In this document: positions 1 through 12,403 of the stretch, in pieces
Numbering within the stretch: the stretch's first letter is position 1
How the letters are laid out: every line of letters starts with the position of its first letter
Origin: Octopus sinensis
Lineage: Eukaryota
NCBI RefSeq assembly: GCF_006345805.1
Contig: NW_021832033.1
Span: forward strand, 1 to 33,500
Length of the DNA: 33,500 nt
Reading direction: 5' to 3'
Notes under the pieces: model-generated
Told to the model about the DNA's origin: nothing
The model's input: only the letters and a program-made list of their open reading frames with translations
Database searches by the model: none
Made by a program: the position numbers and the translations under genes

Positions 1-271
1 GGTACTTCATTCCATGCAAAAAAAATTCGAGTTTTTTTCTTTCTTGGCGAAAATCGTGCGGGTGTTAATCTCAAAGTTTACTGAGGTACGACCCCCCCTC
101 CCCACCACTGCTAACAAGATATTGTATATAAAGGGTGCAGTGTAGCAGCGATAACCCGCTAGTGGAGAATCTGCCTGGGGTTAAACTAGTAGTAACCTTC
201 AGCAGCCACTTTGATGTGCTGACTCACTTTACTTTGTGAGATTTTACAAACTACACACACACACACTATAA

Positions 272-312
<41 letters not shown>

Positions 313-636
313 ATCTATCTATCTGTCTGTCTCTCTCTCTCTCTCTCTATTTATTATGTAATGAAAGAAAGGACATGACCATCATGAAATACAACAATGT
401 CTCTTTCAACACGCAACTTCACATGAAGAATCCGGCAAAACAAATGCATAAAAGTATGCCTGTGTCTGTGTGTATCTTTTATCTTTAACGTGTTTCAGAC
501 ATTAGACTGTGGCCATGCTGGAGCAACACCTTGAAGAATTTCTAGTCGAAGAATTGAACCCAGTACATCTTTGTGTTAAGCCTTGTATTTATTCCATCGA
601 TCCCTCCATATAGCTCCTTCTTTTTCACTCGCTCAT

Positions 637-667
<31 letters not shown>

Positions 668-1369
668 AACAAACTGAGTCACAATGCAAATATTTCCTTC
701 AGGCATTACACAGTATAATGTGTGATTTAAAGGGATTTGACTGCTATTTCTGCAAGAGAAAATATCGATACAACTATATTCACAGATATACAAGAAGTGA
801 CTCCCAGACCTCAAAAAGAATTATAGTTCCTCATCCACGCCAGAAATTTTAAGGGGACGGGTTAAATCGACATTTACCGAAAGTGGTCTAGTCACCAGAT
901 ACGGGTCCTGCATGGCCTCATCAGACACACATAAGAGAGTACGCTGTAATTAATTGGTAATTCCAACGAGCCTACTTTCATTGCAGATAATCCCCTCAGA
1001 TATTACACAGTATGATGTGTGATTTCAGGAGATTTGACTGCTATTTCTAGAAGGAGATGTATTAGTACAACTATATTGATATATATTATTGTTGCTATGG
1101 TGTGTGTGTGGTGTGTGTGTGTGTGTGTGTGTGTATCAGTGGGGAAATTGGTAGAATCGTTGCCATGCTGGAGGAAATGCTTAATCGCATTTTGTATAGC
1201 TTCATGTTGTGAGTTCAAGTTCTGCCTCGGTCGATTTATCCATTTCATCGTTCCAGGGTCAATAAATTAAGTACCAGTCAAATACTAAGGATGAAGTAAT
1301 TGATTAGTTGCCCACAGTAATTGCAGGCCTTGTGCTAATAGTAAAAAGTGAATTAGAGAGAGAGTGAGA

Positions 1370-1402
<33 letters not shown>

Positions 1403-2774
1403 GTAGATAGATCTGTTATAGTATGTGTGTGTGTGTGTATAAGCCGATGAGGTGACAGAATCGTTCACACGCAGGGTCGTTGGAGTCAATTAGTTGCCTC
1501 TACTAGAATTCCAGGCCTTGTTTTCTTTAGACAAAGAATGATCACATATGTGTATGGTAGAAAGCGGAAGTCTCCATGGGTGCCCTGGGACTGAATGTCG
1601 ATGTGGGTGAAGATTACAAGGAAAATTTCTGCTCCCAAATTCTGAGAAGAAAAGAGAGTAACAGACAAATGGATAGATGGATGGCTGTGAGATTTGGCTG
1701 TTATTTCTTGCAGCAGGTCTACTGTACATTAAGCATTGATACGTTATATATTTAGATCTTGTTTTTTCTGCATCCTTCTCTCGTTTTCTGTGTCCGTCTT
1801 TGCATATATTTTTGCTAAACTCTTGCTGTTGTTTCTAGCATATGAAATGTCTCAGTTTCATGGACCTGTTGTATTGGATTTGTGTCGTGTGACAAATAGG
1901 TGTACAATTTATAAACTGCAATTAATTTCAGAAGAACAGTAGATTGGAGGGGCATTTAGCTGCTATTTCAAACAACTCTAGCTATCATGTACACTTCAGC
2001 TTTCATCAGCTAATATATAAATATGTATGGAGTTAGAAGAGACGGTATGATGTTGTTTCAACGTAGATTTGGCTGCTATATCTAGCAGCTCTGGCATTCG
2101 TTTGCATTTTACACATGATTAATCTAATTTTCTCATTAAATTAAACTTTAATTTGCATTTAAGTATTACAGTGAAATTAATACAACAACCAAAACTAGTT
2201 ACAAACACACAATTACATATGCTAGAAACAGCAGCTATATAGAAGTATTTCATGTTTCTTTTTACACAGTTTCCTTTCCAAAAACGTGTGTCTACGTAAA
2301 GTTTGTGCTTCAGTAGAAGAGACTGAGTGAATATGTATAGGGGATGGGGGTTGGTTTTCTGAAATAAAATCTGTGAGACTGGTGCCCCTAAATCAGCATA
2401 AGCAACAAGAGTATGGATGTATTCGGCAGAGGAAGGAATGGAAGCCACATTTAGGAGAATATCTTTGCATCGTTTAGGAGTGTGTGAGGGAAGACGACTG
2501 GGAACAAACGAATGGATTGATATCTATGTATATACATTTGTACTTATATATTATATATCTCCCTCCATCTAACTATACAACATGCATTCACATACAGGTG
2601 TGGCTGTGTGGTAAGAAGCTTGTTTCCAACCACACACTCGGGGGTTCAGTCCCACTGTATGACAACTTGGACAAGTGTCTTCTACTACAGCATCTGGCCA
2701 ACCAAAGCCTTGTGGGTAGAATTTGGTTGGCGGAAACTAAACGAAGCCCATCGTATATTTATACCCATACATAC

Positions 2775-2798
2775 ATACTATATATATAATATATATAT

Positions 2799-2890
<92 letters not shown>

Positions 2891-2903
2891 TATATATATA
2901 TCA

Positions 2904-2943
<40 letters not shown>

Positions 2944-2954
2944 TATATATATTA

Positions 2955-3007
<53 letters not shown>

Positions 3008-3035
3008 ATATATATTATATAGATATATATATATA

Positions 3036-3090
<55 letters not shown>

Positions 3091-3092
3091 CA
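2775..3092. repeat. Long interrupted (TA)n microsatellite (many shorter (TA)n, (CT)n, (GT)n and (GA)n tracts occur across 0.2-16.6 kb)
   Basis: Directly visible. These tracts generate the poly-IY, poly-SL and poly-HT ORFs in the ORF track. Confidence 0.95.
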
Positions 3093-3104
3093 CACACCAC
3101 AGAG

Positions 3105-3320
3105 AGAGGTGAGCTGGCAGAATTGATAGTGCACCGGACAAAGTACTTAGCGGTTTCACCTGTCACTATATTCTGAGTTCAAATTTCGTAAGGGTCAACT
3201 TTGCCTTTCAACCTTTCAGGGTCAATAAATGAAGTACCAGTGAAACATTGGAGTTAATGTTATCAACTCGACACCCCCCCCCCACCAAACTTTCAGGCCT
3301 CGTGCCTATAGTACAATAGA
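3105..3320 (+). mobile_element. SINE family B copy (related copies near 1141-1350, 1445-1535, 11722-11870 and, reversed, 10742-10810)
   Basis: GAGCTGGCAGAA...CTGAGTTCAAAT...GGTCAACTTTGCCTTTC...GGGTCAATAAAT.AAGTACCAGT is shared between copies and has tRNA-like A/B boxes. Confidence 0.7.
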
Positions 3321-3630
3321 TATATATATATGTGTGAGTGTATATATCTGTGTGTGTATATATATATATAATATATATAATATATATATTCATGTGTGTA
3401 TATCTGAACCCCACCCCACATAACCATCACTTGACAACCTATGTTGGTCTGTTTACAACCCTTTAAGTTAGTTTGGCAAAAGAGACTGATAGAATAAGTC
3501 CTCGGCTTACGAAGAATAAATCCTGGGGTCGATTTGTTTGACTAAAACCCTTTAAGGCAGTGCTCCAGCATGGCCGCAGTCAAATAACTGAAACAAGTAA
3601 AAGAAACAAAGAATGTAATATATTTAGATG

Positions 3631-3812
3631 CAGGGTTTCCCACCCAGGGGTGCACACACCGCTTGGGGGTGCGAGCAGGGCTGGATTTATATGGGGTCAA
3701 AGTCGGCAATTGCTCCGGGCACCTTTATTTTATATAAACTATTACTTGAAGGGGTGTGAGAACATATAAAGGTTTTTAAGGGTGCAGGGCATAAAAAAGG
3801 TTGGGACCCCTT
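3631..3812. mobile_element. Possible degenerate hAT-type MITE
   Basis: Begins CAGGGTTTCCCACC and ends GGTTGGGACCCCT, an imperfect terminal inverted repeat. No clean target-site duplication. Confidence 0.35.
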
Positions 3813-4779
3813 CGATAGATAAACAGACAGATGTGAGATTTGGCTGCTATTTCTAGCAGTAACTCTGGCATCCATTAAGCATTGAAACATTCTATATTTA
3901 AATGTCTTTTCTTTCTGCCTCCCTCTCAGTATTTTCTGTATCCTTCTTCGCATATATTTTTGCTCGAGTCTTGCTGTTGTTTCTAGCATAGGAAACGTCT
4001 CAGTTTAATGGACCCTTTGTATTTGTCTTGTTTTGCGTGACAAATAGGTGTAGAATTTATAGACTGAAGTTAATTTCAGAACTACAGCAGATTGGAGGGA
4101 CATTAGGCTGCTATTTCAAACAAATCTAGCTATCATTTTGATTGGCTTCAATTTTTATGGCTCATATATAAATATGGATGGAGTTACGTGAGGCAGTATG
4201 ATGCTGTTTCGACGTAGATTTGGCTGCTATTTCTAGCAGCCCTTGCTTTCATTTACTTCTTATACATCATGATTTCGTTTTCTTTTCTAAATTAGACTTC
4301 ATTTTCCATTTAATTATTCCAAAGAAATTAATACAAAAACTGGAAAACCATATAAGACAAATAGATAGATAGACAGCTGTGATTCAGTGAGTTTTGACTG
4401 CTATTTCTAGCAGCAAGTCTATAAAATAGTTACAAATGCACAATTAAATACAAGTTGAAGCTAGAGAAACAACAGTTAAAGGAATGTATCACATATTTTT
4501 TATAAAGTCTCCTTTCCAAAGCTTTGTGCCTAGGTTTAGTTTGTTGTTTGAGTAGAAGGGACGGAGGGAATATGTTTGGGGTCGATTTTCTGAAATAAAA
4601 TCCTTGAGACTGGTGCCCCAGAATTGACAGAAACAACAAGACAACGAGTAAAATCGGCAGAGGAAGGAATGGAACCAACATGTTGGAGTATACCTTGGTG
4701 TCATTTAGGAATGTGTGTGGGAAGACAATCGGGAAGAAACGAGTCGACACAGGTACCAGTAATGCAAACTGGTATCGGC

Positions 4780-4937
4780 CAGGCTCTGTCATAAGAAGTT
4801 TGCTTCCCAACCACATGTTTCCAGGTTCAATCCTACTGTGTGGGCACCTTAGGCAAGTGTCTTTTAAATGACCCTTAAGCCAACCAAAGCCTGTGAGTGG
4901 ATCTGCTAGATGGAAACTGAAAGAAGCCCGTCATAAC

Positions 4938-4985
<48 letters not shown>

Positions 4986-5250
4986 GTATATATATATATA
5001 CATATACATACATATTCATATCTATATATATATACATATTCATTTGTATGTGTCTACCCTACACCACACATCCCATCGTATGACAACCGATGTTGGTCTG
5101 TTTATGTCCCTGTGACTTTGATTTGACAAAAGAGACTGATAGAATAAGTACTAAACTTACAAGATTTGTTTGACAGAAACCCAGTAAGGTGGTGCTCCAG
5201 CAGGGCCACAGTGAAATAACTGAAACAAATAAAAGAATAAATAAAGTACA
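4780..5250 (+). mobile_element. SINE family A copy
   Basis: Head AAGAAGTTTGCTTCCCAACCACATG...GGTTCAATCC, a (TA)n linker and the conserved tail. Confidence 0.75.
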
Positions 5251-5281
5251 GAATAAAAGAATGTATATATATATATATATA

Positions 5282-5328
<47 letters not shown>

Positions 5329-6182
5329 TATAAATAGAGAGACAAACAGACAGACAGACAAATAGATAGATAGACAGCTGTGATTCAATTTCTTTTGGCT
5401 GCTATTCTAGCAAGTACATTTAACATTGATACATTATATATTTCGATCTTTTTGGTTTTTGCTTTCCTCCCAGTTTTTCTTTGTCCGTCTTTGTATATAT
5501 TTTTGCTAAACACTTGCTGTTGTTTCTAGCATATGAAATGATACAGTTTAATGGACCTGTTGTATTGGATTTGTTTTGCATGACAAACAGGCGTAGAATT
5601 TTAAACTGTAGCTAATTTCAGAAGTACAGTGGATTGGAGGGGCATTTGGCTGCTATTTCAAGCAACTCTAGCTATATAACTATGTATGGAGTTACGTGAG
5701 ACAATATGGGGCTGTTTTCTCTGTAAATTTGGCTGCTATTACTAGCAGCTCTTGCATTCAGTTGCATTTTATATGTCATACTTTTAATTATATTTTTAAT
5801 TAGGCATTAATTTGCATTTAATTATTAAAATGTAATTAATACAACAAAAAAACTAGTTACAGACACAAACTTAAATACAAAGTTTGCTAGAAACAACAGT
5901 TATATGAATGCATTGCATATTTTTTCACAAGGGTCCCTTCCCAAAATATATGTCTAGATTTGGTTTGTGCTTCAGTACAAGAGACTAACTGAATACGTAT
6001 GGGGTGGATTTCTAAAATAAAATCTGTGAGACTGATGCCCCCAAATCAACATAACGAGACTACGAATATAATCGGCAGAGAGAAGGAATGGAACCGCATG
6101 TCAGAGTATATCTTGTCATAGTTTACGAATGTATTTGGGAGATGACTGGGAGCATACGAATGGATATATATATATATATATA

Positions 6183-6311
6183 CATCCATCATTCTAGCTA
6201 TACAACATACATTTACATATATATATGTTTATTATCAGGGCATTACCATACATAAATGCTTCACACTACGAGGGACTATTAAAGTCAAACTACCATAATA
6301 AACACATTATA

Positions 6312-6354
<43 letters not shown>

Positions 6355-6484
6355 ATCATTCTAACTATACAACATATATTTAATATATATATGTTTATAT
6401 ATCAGGGCATTACCAGACATAAAATGCTTCACACTACGAGGGAATATTAAAGTCAAACTACCATAATAAACACATTATATGTGT
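6183..6484. repeat. Recent tandem duplication of ~135 bp (period ~168 bp)
   Basis: CATCATTCTA.CTATACAACAT...ATCAGGGCATTACCA.ACATAAA.TGCTTCACACTACGAGGGA.TATTAAAGTCAAACTACCATAATAAACACATTATATGTG occurs twice, separated by (TA)n. Confidence 0.85.
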
Positions 6485-6559
6485 GTTATATATATATATA
6501 TTATATATTATATATATATATATATATATAACATGTTGTGTGCTCCACAAATGTATAAG

Positions 6560-6970
6560 CACAGGTGTTCCTGTGTGGTAAGAAGTTTGCTTTCAGCCAC
6601 AGGGTTCTGTGTTCAGTCCTACTGCATGGCACCTAGGGCAATTCTCTTCTATTTTGACCTCGGGCCTTGTAAGTGGACCTGTCAGATGGAAACTGAAGTG
6701 AGCCCATCAGACATAAATATATATATATATATAGATCATGTGCATGTGTGTGCCTGTCTGTGTGTCAGCCTCCCTCCCACCCTCATCATAACTTGACAAC
6801 TGATGGTGGTGTGTTTACATCCCTGTAATTTCATTCGGTAAAAAAGACTGCCAGAATATGTACTAAGCTTTCAAAGAGTAAGCCCTGGAGTCGATTTGTT
6901 TGGCTAAAGCCCTTAAGGCATTGCTCCAGCATGACCACAGTCCCATTGCTGAAACAAGTAAAAGAATAAA
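6560..6970 (+). mobile_element. SINE family A copy
   Basis: CAGGTGTTCCTGTGTGGTAAGAAG head, GGAAACTGAAG...GCCC, and a tail ending in CTCCAGCATGACC...GAAACAAGTAAAAG. Confidence 0.75.
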
Positions 6971-7293
6971 ATAGTGTTTATATATCTATACAGATGGATG
7001 GTTAGATAAATAGATAGAAAGAAAGATAGAAAGATAGAGAGATAGATAGAGAATATGATGATACTGTGGTGCCCCTGCATGGCCGTGACCGTTACACTAG
7101 AGGTCAATACTACATATGTATTGTGGTTCACTGTTGCTGAACCACAAAGTTACAGGGATGTAAACACACCAACATCGGTTGTCAAGCAATGGTGTGGACA
7201 ACCACAGACAAACAAATATATACATACAGTGGTGGGCAAATAAATATTCGTGATGTGTCATAATTCTTCATTTATTTGATTTCGAATGAACAT

Positions 7294-7470
7294 AAATGGG
7301 ATATACCAATACTATATTTGCATTCACTTGCATAAACTAAGAATACTTTTTTCACCCCTAAATATTTATAATTGTATATAAACTCCTTAGTTACTATAAT
7401 TTATTAGTTTCATTTGCATATTCTTAGTTTATGCATGTGTATGCAAATATAGTATTGGTATATCCCATTT
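7294..7470. repeat. 52-bp inverted repeat with a 73-bp spacer
   Basis: 7294-7345 versus the reverse complement of 7419-7470: 2 mismatches in 52 bp. Confidence 0.9.
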
Positions 7471-8109
7471 TCCTATCATTTCCCTAAACATGTTAGGTAT
7501 TTAACCAGCAACTCCTTGAATGGTGCCATCCCTTAACTAAGGCGAAATTCACCTCTAATTGAACTTATGAATATATGAAAACATCCAAGATTGTATTCTG
7601 ATAGGAAAAAGGAAAACACCCAAAGGTGCTGCTTCACCTTTTTAATCAGTGAACGGAAATAAAAATAGAATAAATAAATTATATTAATAAATTCAAAATA
7701 ACACAATGATTGTGATGGTGATGTGATGATGATGAAGGTGATAATGCTGTTGTTGTTGTTGTTGGTGGTGGTGGTGTGGTGTAAATTTGCATCCAGACTG
7801 AAGAAAGTGAAATTTATACAGAACATGCATATTCATTAGAAAAACCACAGTTTCTAAGGGTTTTAAAAGCAAAACCCTTGAGATGACCCCGAATCTGTAA
7901 ATGAATGTGTTATCAGTTGCAAAGAGGTTTCAATTATATTTATTTTTGTCTAAAGGCAGCTTAGCCATTGTGACACAAAAGCAGATTGTTAGATGTTGAG
8001 AGGGAGGGAGGGAAACGAAATCAAAAGAACAACAAGGATCAATGATTCAGAGTGATATTTGAAGAGAGAGAGAGAAGAGAGAGGGGAGAGAGAGAGGGGG
8101 AGAGAGAGG

Positions 8110-8140
<31 letters not shown>

Positions 8141-8482
8141 GGAGAAAGAGAGAGAGAGAGAAGAGGAAGAGAGAGACGAGGAAGAATGAGGTGGTGTACA
8201 GGAAAACAAAAACAATACACAAAGCATTATATTTTTAATAAATGAGAGCTGAAACTAATGAATAAGATGATGATGATGATGAGAGTGGGGTGTTTTTTTG
8301 TGGTGGCGGTGGTGGTGAGGATGTGAATACTTGCATTTTGGGGACCAATGTGTAAACAAAACCCTTCAGTTGTTGAGTAAATGTAAATGAATGCTTTATC
8401 AGTTGGAAACAACTGGAATTATTTCAAAATGGATTTTGAGATCTTAAGAGGGAGGAAGTGAAAATCGAATCCAAATAACAAC

Positions 8483-9160
8483 AGGAGTGTCTTTGTGATA
8501 AGAGGCTTGCTTCCCAACTACATGGTTCCAGGTTCAGTCCCACCGTGTGGCACCTGAGCAAGTGTCATCTACTATAACCAAAGCTTGTGAGTGGCTTTGG
8601 TAGACAGAAACAGAAAGAAGTCCATCCTGAATATATGAGTGTGTGGTTGTATATATATATATGTTGTGTGTTGTGTGGTGTGTGGTGTGTGTGTGTGTGT
8701 GATAAATATATGAGTGCAATTATGAAGGTGTTTAATCTGTACTAGTGCATGTGTATTTTGTGTGTTGTGTGTATATATTATATATCACAATTGCAGCGTG
8801 GAGGTGTTATAAGCCATTCAAGAAAACACAAAAGCCGTCGATTCACTTCAACATTTAAGTTTAATTGTCAAAATATTTTCGTCGCTAAAATCCGAGACCG
8901 TTCACTGACAAAAAAATCCGTGTGCATTTTTGTCATATATATATATATTGATGATTGATCTGTGACTGTCCACCCTCACCATCGTTTGAGAACCAGTGTT
9001 GCTGTGTTTACACCCCTATAACTTAGTAGTTCAGCAAAAAAGACCAATAGAAAAACTACTAAGCTTACAAAGAGTAAGGCCTGGGATCGATTTCTTCTAC
9101 TAAAGGTGGTGCTCCAGCATGACCATATCAAATTACTGAAACAAGTAAGGAATAAGAGAA
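8483..9160 (+). mobile_element. SINE family A copy with an insertion in its linker
   Basis: Head at 8483-8630 and tail at ~8960-9160, with an unrelated ~170-bp sequence at ~8770-8935 between them. Confidence 0.7.
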
Positions 9161-9504
9161 TACATATACATATGTGCACACATACATATAGTTAGTTCCT
9201 GGTAGATTATTGCAGAGAAACCCAACCTGAGCTCTGGGCTGTTGGATTCCAGACCAATACCAAAATTCTTCAAGCATAAGAAATGCCGGTTTCACAACAG
9301 TAACACCATAGTTGTGTTACTAGACATATACACAAATATATATATTATATATACATACATGTGTATATATAAACATGTGAGTGTGTATGTGTATATATAT
9401 ACACACATATATATACATACGTATATAAAAATAAGCATATCTATATATATGTGTGTGTATTTATGAGAAGGTTGTATGTTATTTCAGGAAAATTTCTTTA
9501 TTAT

Positions 9505-9812
9505 TTCTAACAAGACTATGGCTATGCTGGAGCACTGCTTTTAATTGAGCAAATCGGCCCCGATTTTTTCTTGTAAGCCTAGTACTTATTCTATCAGTCT
9601 CTTTTGCTAAACTGCTAAGCTATGGGGGACATATACACACAGACACATACATATATATACAATGGGCTTCTTTCAGTTTCCATCTACCAAATCTACTACA
9701 ACAGGCTTTGGTTGGCCCCAGGCTATAGTAGAAGTCACTTGTGCAAGGTGCCACACAGTGGGACTGAACCCAGAGCCATGTGGTTGGTAAGCAATCTACT
9801 TACTACAGAGCC
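9505..9812 (-). mobile_element. SINE family A copy, reverse orientation
   Basis: GGGCTTCTTTCAGTTTCC...GGGACTGAACCC...GTGGTTGGTAAGCAA is the reverse complement of the head. A reverse tail fragment lies at 9505-9625. Confidence 0.75.
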
Positions 9813-12403
9813 CTCCCAAACCTATACACACATAGAAATGTATATACACACAGACATGTATGTATGTGTATATCCATCTATATATACATACACAAAGATG
9901 TATACACACACCACACACATGAGGAGGCAATGCCTACTACTCCCGGATATTTATAAGTATCCTCTTAACTGTTGCCATATCTTCATTGCTGTTCGAGCGA
10001 AGCAGACTCACAGAATATTTCTGAGACAGAAAGACTTCAAGCCAGTATCAAAACCCAATAACCAACCCTGGTAAATAATATTCTTCTCCTTTTATTTAAC
10101 ACACAATTTACCACCACATTTACATTGCTAAACATTCATTAGACTTATTTCAAACATAAATATACTGTTATATAGATATTGTTTTATTTGCACACCACCA
10201 TCTATAGACTAGACGTGTTTAAACATTTTGCAGTGTCACATCACACGTAAAACCTTTCATTTCCAGAATATAAAGTATGGTTGTGTTATAACTATGTCAA
10301 AACTATTTGATGGAAATGTTCATCTAAGGATACATCATTTTACGTAGTTTAAAGTGGATTTCTAAGTCTCAAGTGAAATTTAAAATTTGCAAATTAATTT
10401 CATGGCAGATAAATTAATTGGCTGTTTTTCATAAACTTAATTCTTTAAAAGCTTAGTCAAGAACGGCCCTGCATATAACCCTTTCTTTTTCTAGGGTCTT
10501 CGACAGTGGTGAGTGGGAGAAAGACATTCTCAAAACAAGAGGCCTAACGTGAATGCACACAAAAGAGAAATCCTCTACTAAAAGTAGCTCAGGGGCCAGC
10601 TTTTGGTGTGAATTTGGTGATAGATTTAGTCTGCAACTAGGGTGGCCACAATGGGATTTGAACTCAGTTCATAAAGAACCACATTACCTACTGGAAGGCA
10701 TCGTGTCCATATTTAATTCTACACCTCAAACTAGTATTTAAATTATTGACCCCTGCATAATAAAAGTCAAAGCGACCATGCCAGAATTTGAACCCAGAAC
10801 ACAAAGTGTCAGTACTAATACAATTCTAATGATTCTACTAATTGAAATGTTTTAACTGAGTTTTTATTTCAATATTAAACTTTGTATATAAATGGAATTG
10901 TTCTGGTGATTTCATTTCTATTTTATATCTTGAAGCAAACAAGAAGAATTGTTTAAATATTAAACAATTTGGTGACAACATATATTTTCTCTCTCAGCAC
11001 ATCTTTATCCTACATCAACATTTTAATGTGCAATGCATTAAATATGTTTTCTCACCATCTTCGATATTATTTATCAGATGGATGGCTTCTGAGAATTACT
11101 TCACATTGTCTGCAGTTATTATTCACTCTATTACAAACAAAGAGCAAAGTCCCTAAAATGCCCCTAAAAATATATTCAATCATGACAACTTATGGGAGGG
11201 TCATGGTTAGAAAGTTTTGACTATAGCATTGCTAGACAAGAATTAACTTTCAGGTAAAAATCAAAAATGGAAATCATAGTTTTAATATATTTTAAACAAA
11301 TGTATTTCTTTCATTTTAGATATATTTACTGTTTATAAAAATAATTTTAATGATTCAATATTTCAACTTTATAAATTGTATTTCGGAATTATGAAAGTTA
11401 AACATCCTATTAAATTAAAAAGATTGTATTTTTAATATTTTTTACAAATTACATTTAAATATTGTATTTTTAATAATAATAATCTATGTTATAAATTTGT
11501 ATATTTCTTTAAGTTAACCAAGAGAATTGTCTAAAAATTAAACAATTCCAAGGTAACATCAGATATACCAACGAACATGCACCTGTAAATAATGTAATTA
11601 ATCATTTGTTATTACCTGGCCAAGGTACGACCTGGTTATGTTTCTCTAATGATGCTCTCTCAAGCAATAATATATTCATAGAAATCAAACAGTTAAACAA
11701 GTGAACTTATTCATGTAAAAAGGGGTCAGTTGGCAAAGGCATTCACACATTTTACTAAAAGACTGTTTCCAGTATCTGCTCTGGTGCCCTGAGTTCAATA
11801 CCTAGTGAGGTCAGCTTTACTTTATATTATGATTGATAAAGAACCAGTCAAGTACTGGAGTAGATTTGTCATCATTGTTGTTCTTCCTCCTCTTCAACCA
11901 CTTCTTTCTTTCTATGTGCAAGACATTGCCAGGGGTTACACAAGTAGAGAGAAAGGCTCCTCCAGATTTCAAATCTCTCCAAGTCATTCTATATCTTATG
12001 TCATCTGGTTGACCTCTTTTGATTTTAAATACACAGCCAGAGAGGTCAGATCTTCTGATGCTGTTTTTTCAACTTATTTTCCATCAATGTAGACCCAGTT
12101 TATTTACATGCCTCCTCTTCATTCACCATTTCCTCCCTCTTTCATCGTTCTTCTCTTTGTTTATATTATCAAGTCGTCTGCAACAACTGTTGTAGTTGAC
12201 CCTTCCACTTTTTTCAGCCGTTTAAGGCTCTGGTCTCAAAGACACCCATCCGGTCACTGCCACTGTGCTTCTGTTGTGTTTTGTTGTTTGTCAACACCAG
12301 CTCATTGGCCATTCCCAGCATCAGCTCTGCCACTATAAATCCGTATGGAGTCAGGATCTTTTGGTTTGTGAATCTGTGGTGTATATATATATATACACAC
12401 ACA

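Larger units (their letters stand above)
2596..3610 (+). mobile_element. tRNA-derived SINE family A (head 2596-2760, tail ~3400-3610) interrupted by a long (TA)n and a family B SINE
   Basis: Head GGTGTGGCTGTGTGGTAAGAAGCTT...GGTTCAGTCCC has A/B-box-like motifs. Tail TTGACAAC...GCAAAAGAGACTGATAGAATAAGT...GTGCTCCAGCATGGCC is shared with other copies in the window. Confidence 0.75.
1663..6170. repeat. Three diverged copies of an ~850-bp block (about 1663-2520, 3815-4740, 5345-6170)
   Basis: Collinear shared segments: TATATTTTTGCT...CTTGCTGTTGTTTCTAGCATA, AATTTCAGAA..ACAG..GATTGGAGGG, AAATC..TGAGACTG.TGCCCC and TCGGCAGAG..AGGAATGGAA. Each copy is followed by a family A SINE. Confidence 0.85.

Noticed and set aside
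1-60. The window starts GGTACTT, the same seven bases as the Merlin terminus
   Set aside because: Similarity stops after 7 bp and no partner end is present; it may be chance or a different element cut by the window edge.
2596-2670. tRNA-like sequences with A and B boxes
   Set aside because: They are SINE heads followed by conserved SINE bodies; no complete cloverleaf was found.
2608-3166. ORFs rich in IY, and similar ones at 4893, 5059, 13145, 13563, 14593 and 14653
   Set aside because: Translations of (TA)n microsatellites and SINE heads.
730-5760. About a dozen copies of ATTTG(G/A)CTGCTATTTCTAGCAG
   Set aside because: Explained by a dispersed repeat fragment multiplied by the local triplication, with irregular spacing; no evidence for an independent regulatory array.
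9945-10074. Unique moderately GC-rich stretch with CTG|GTAAAT on + and TTTACCAG on -, a possible exon
   Set aside because: Neither strand gives a convincing frame without ad hoc repair, and I recognise no protein.
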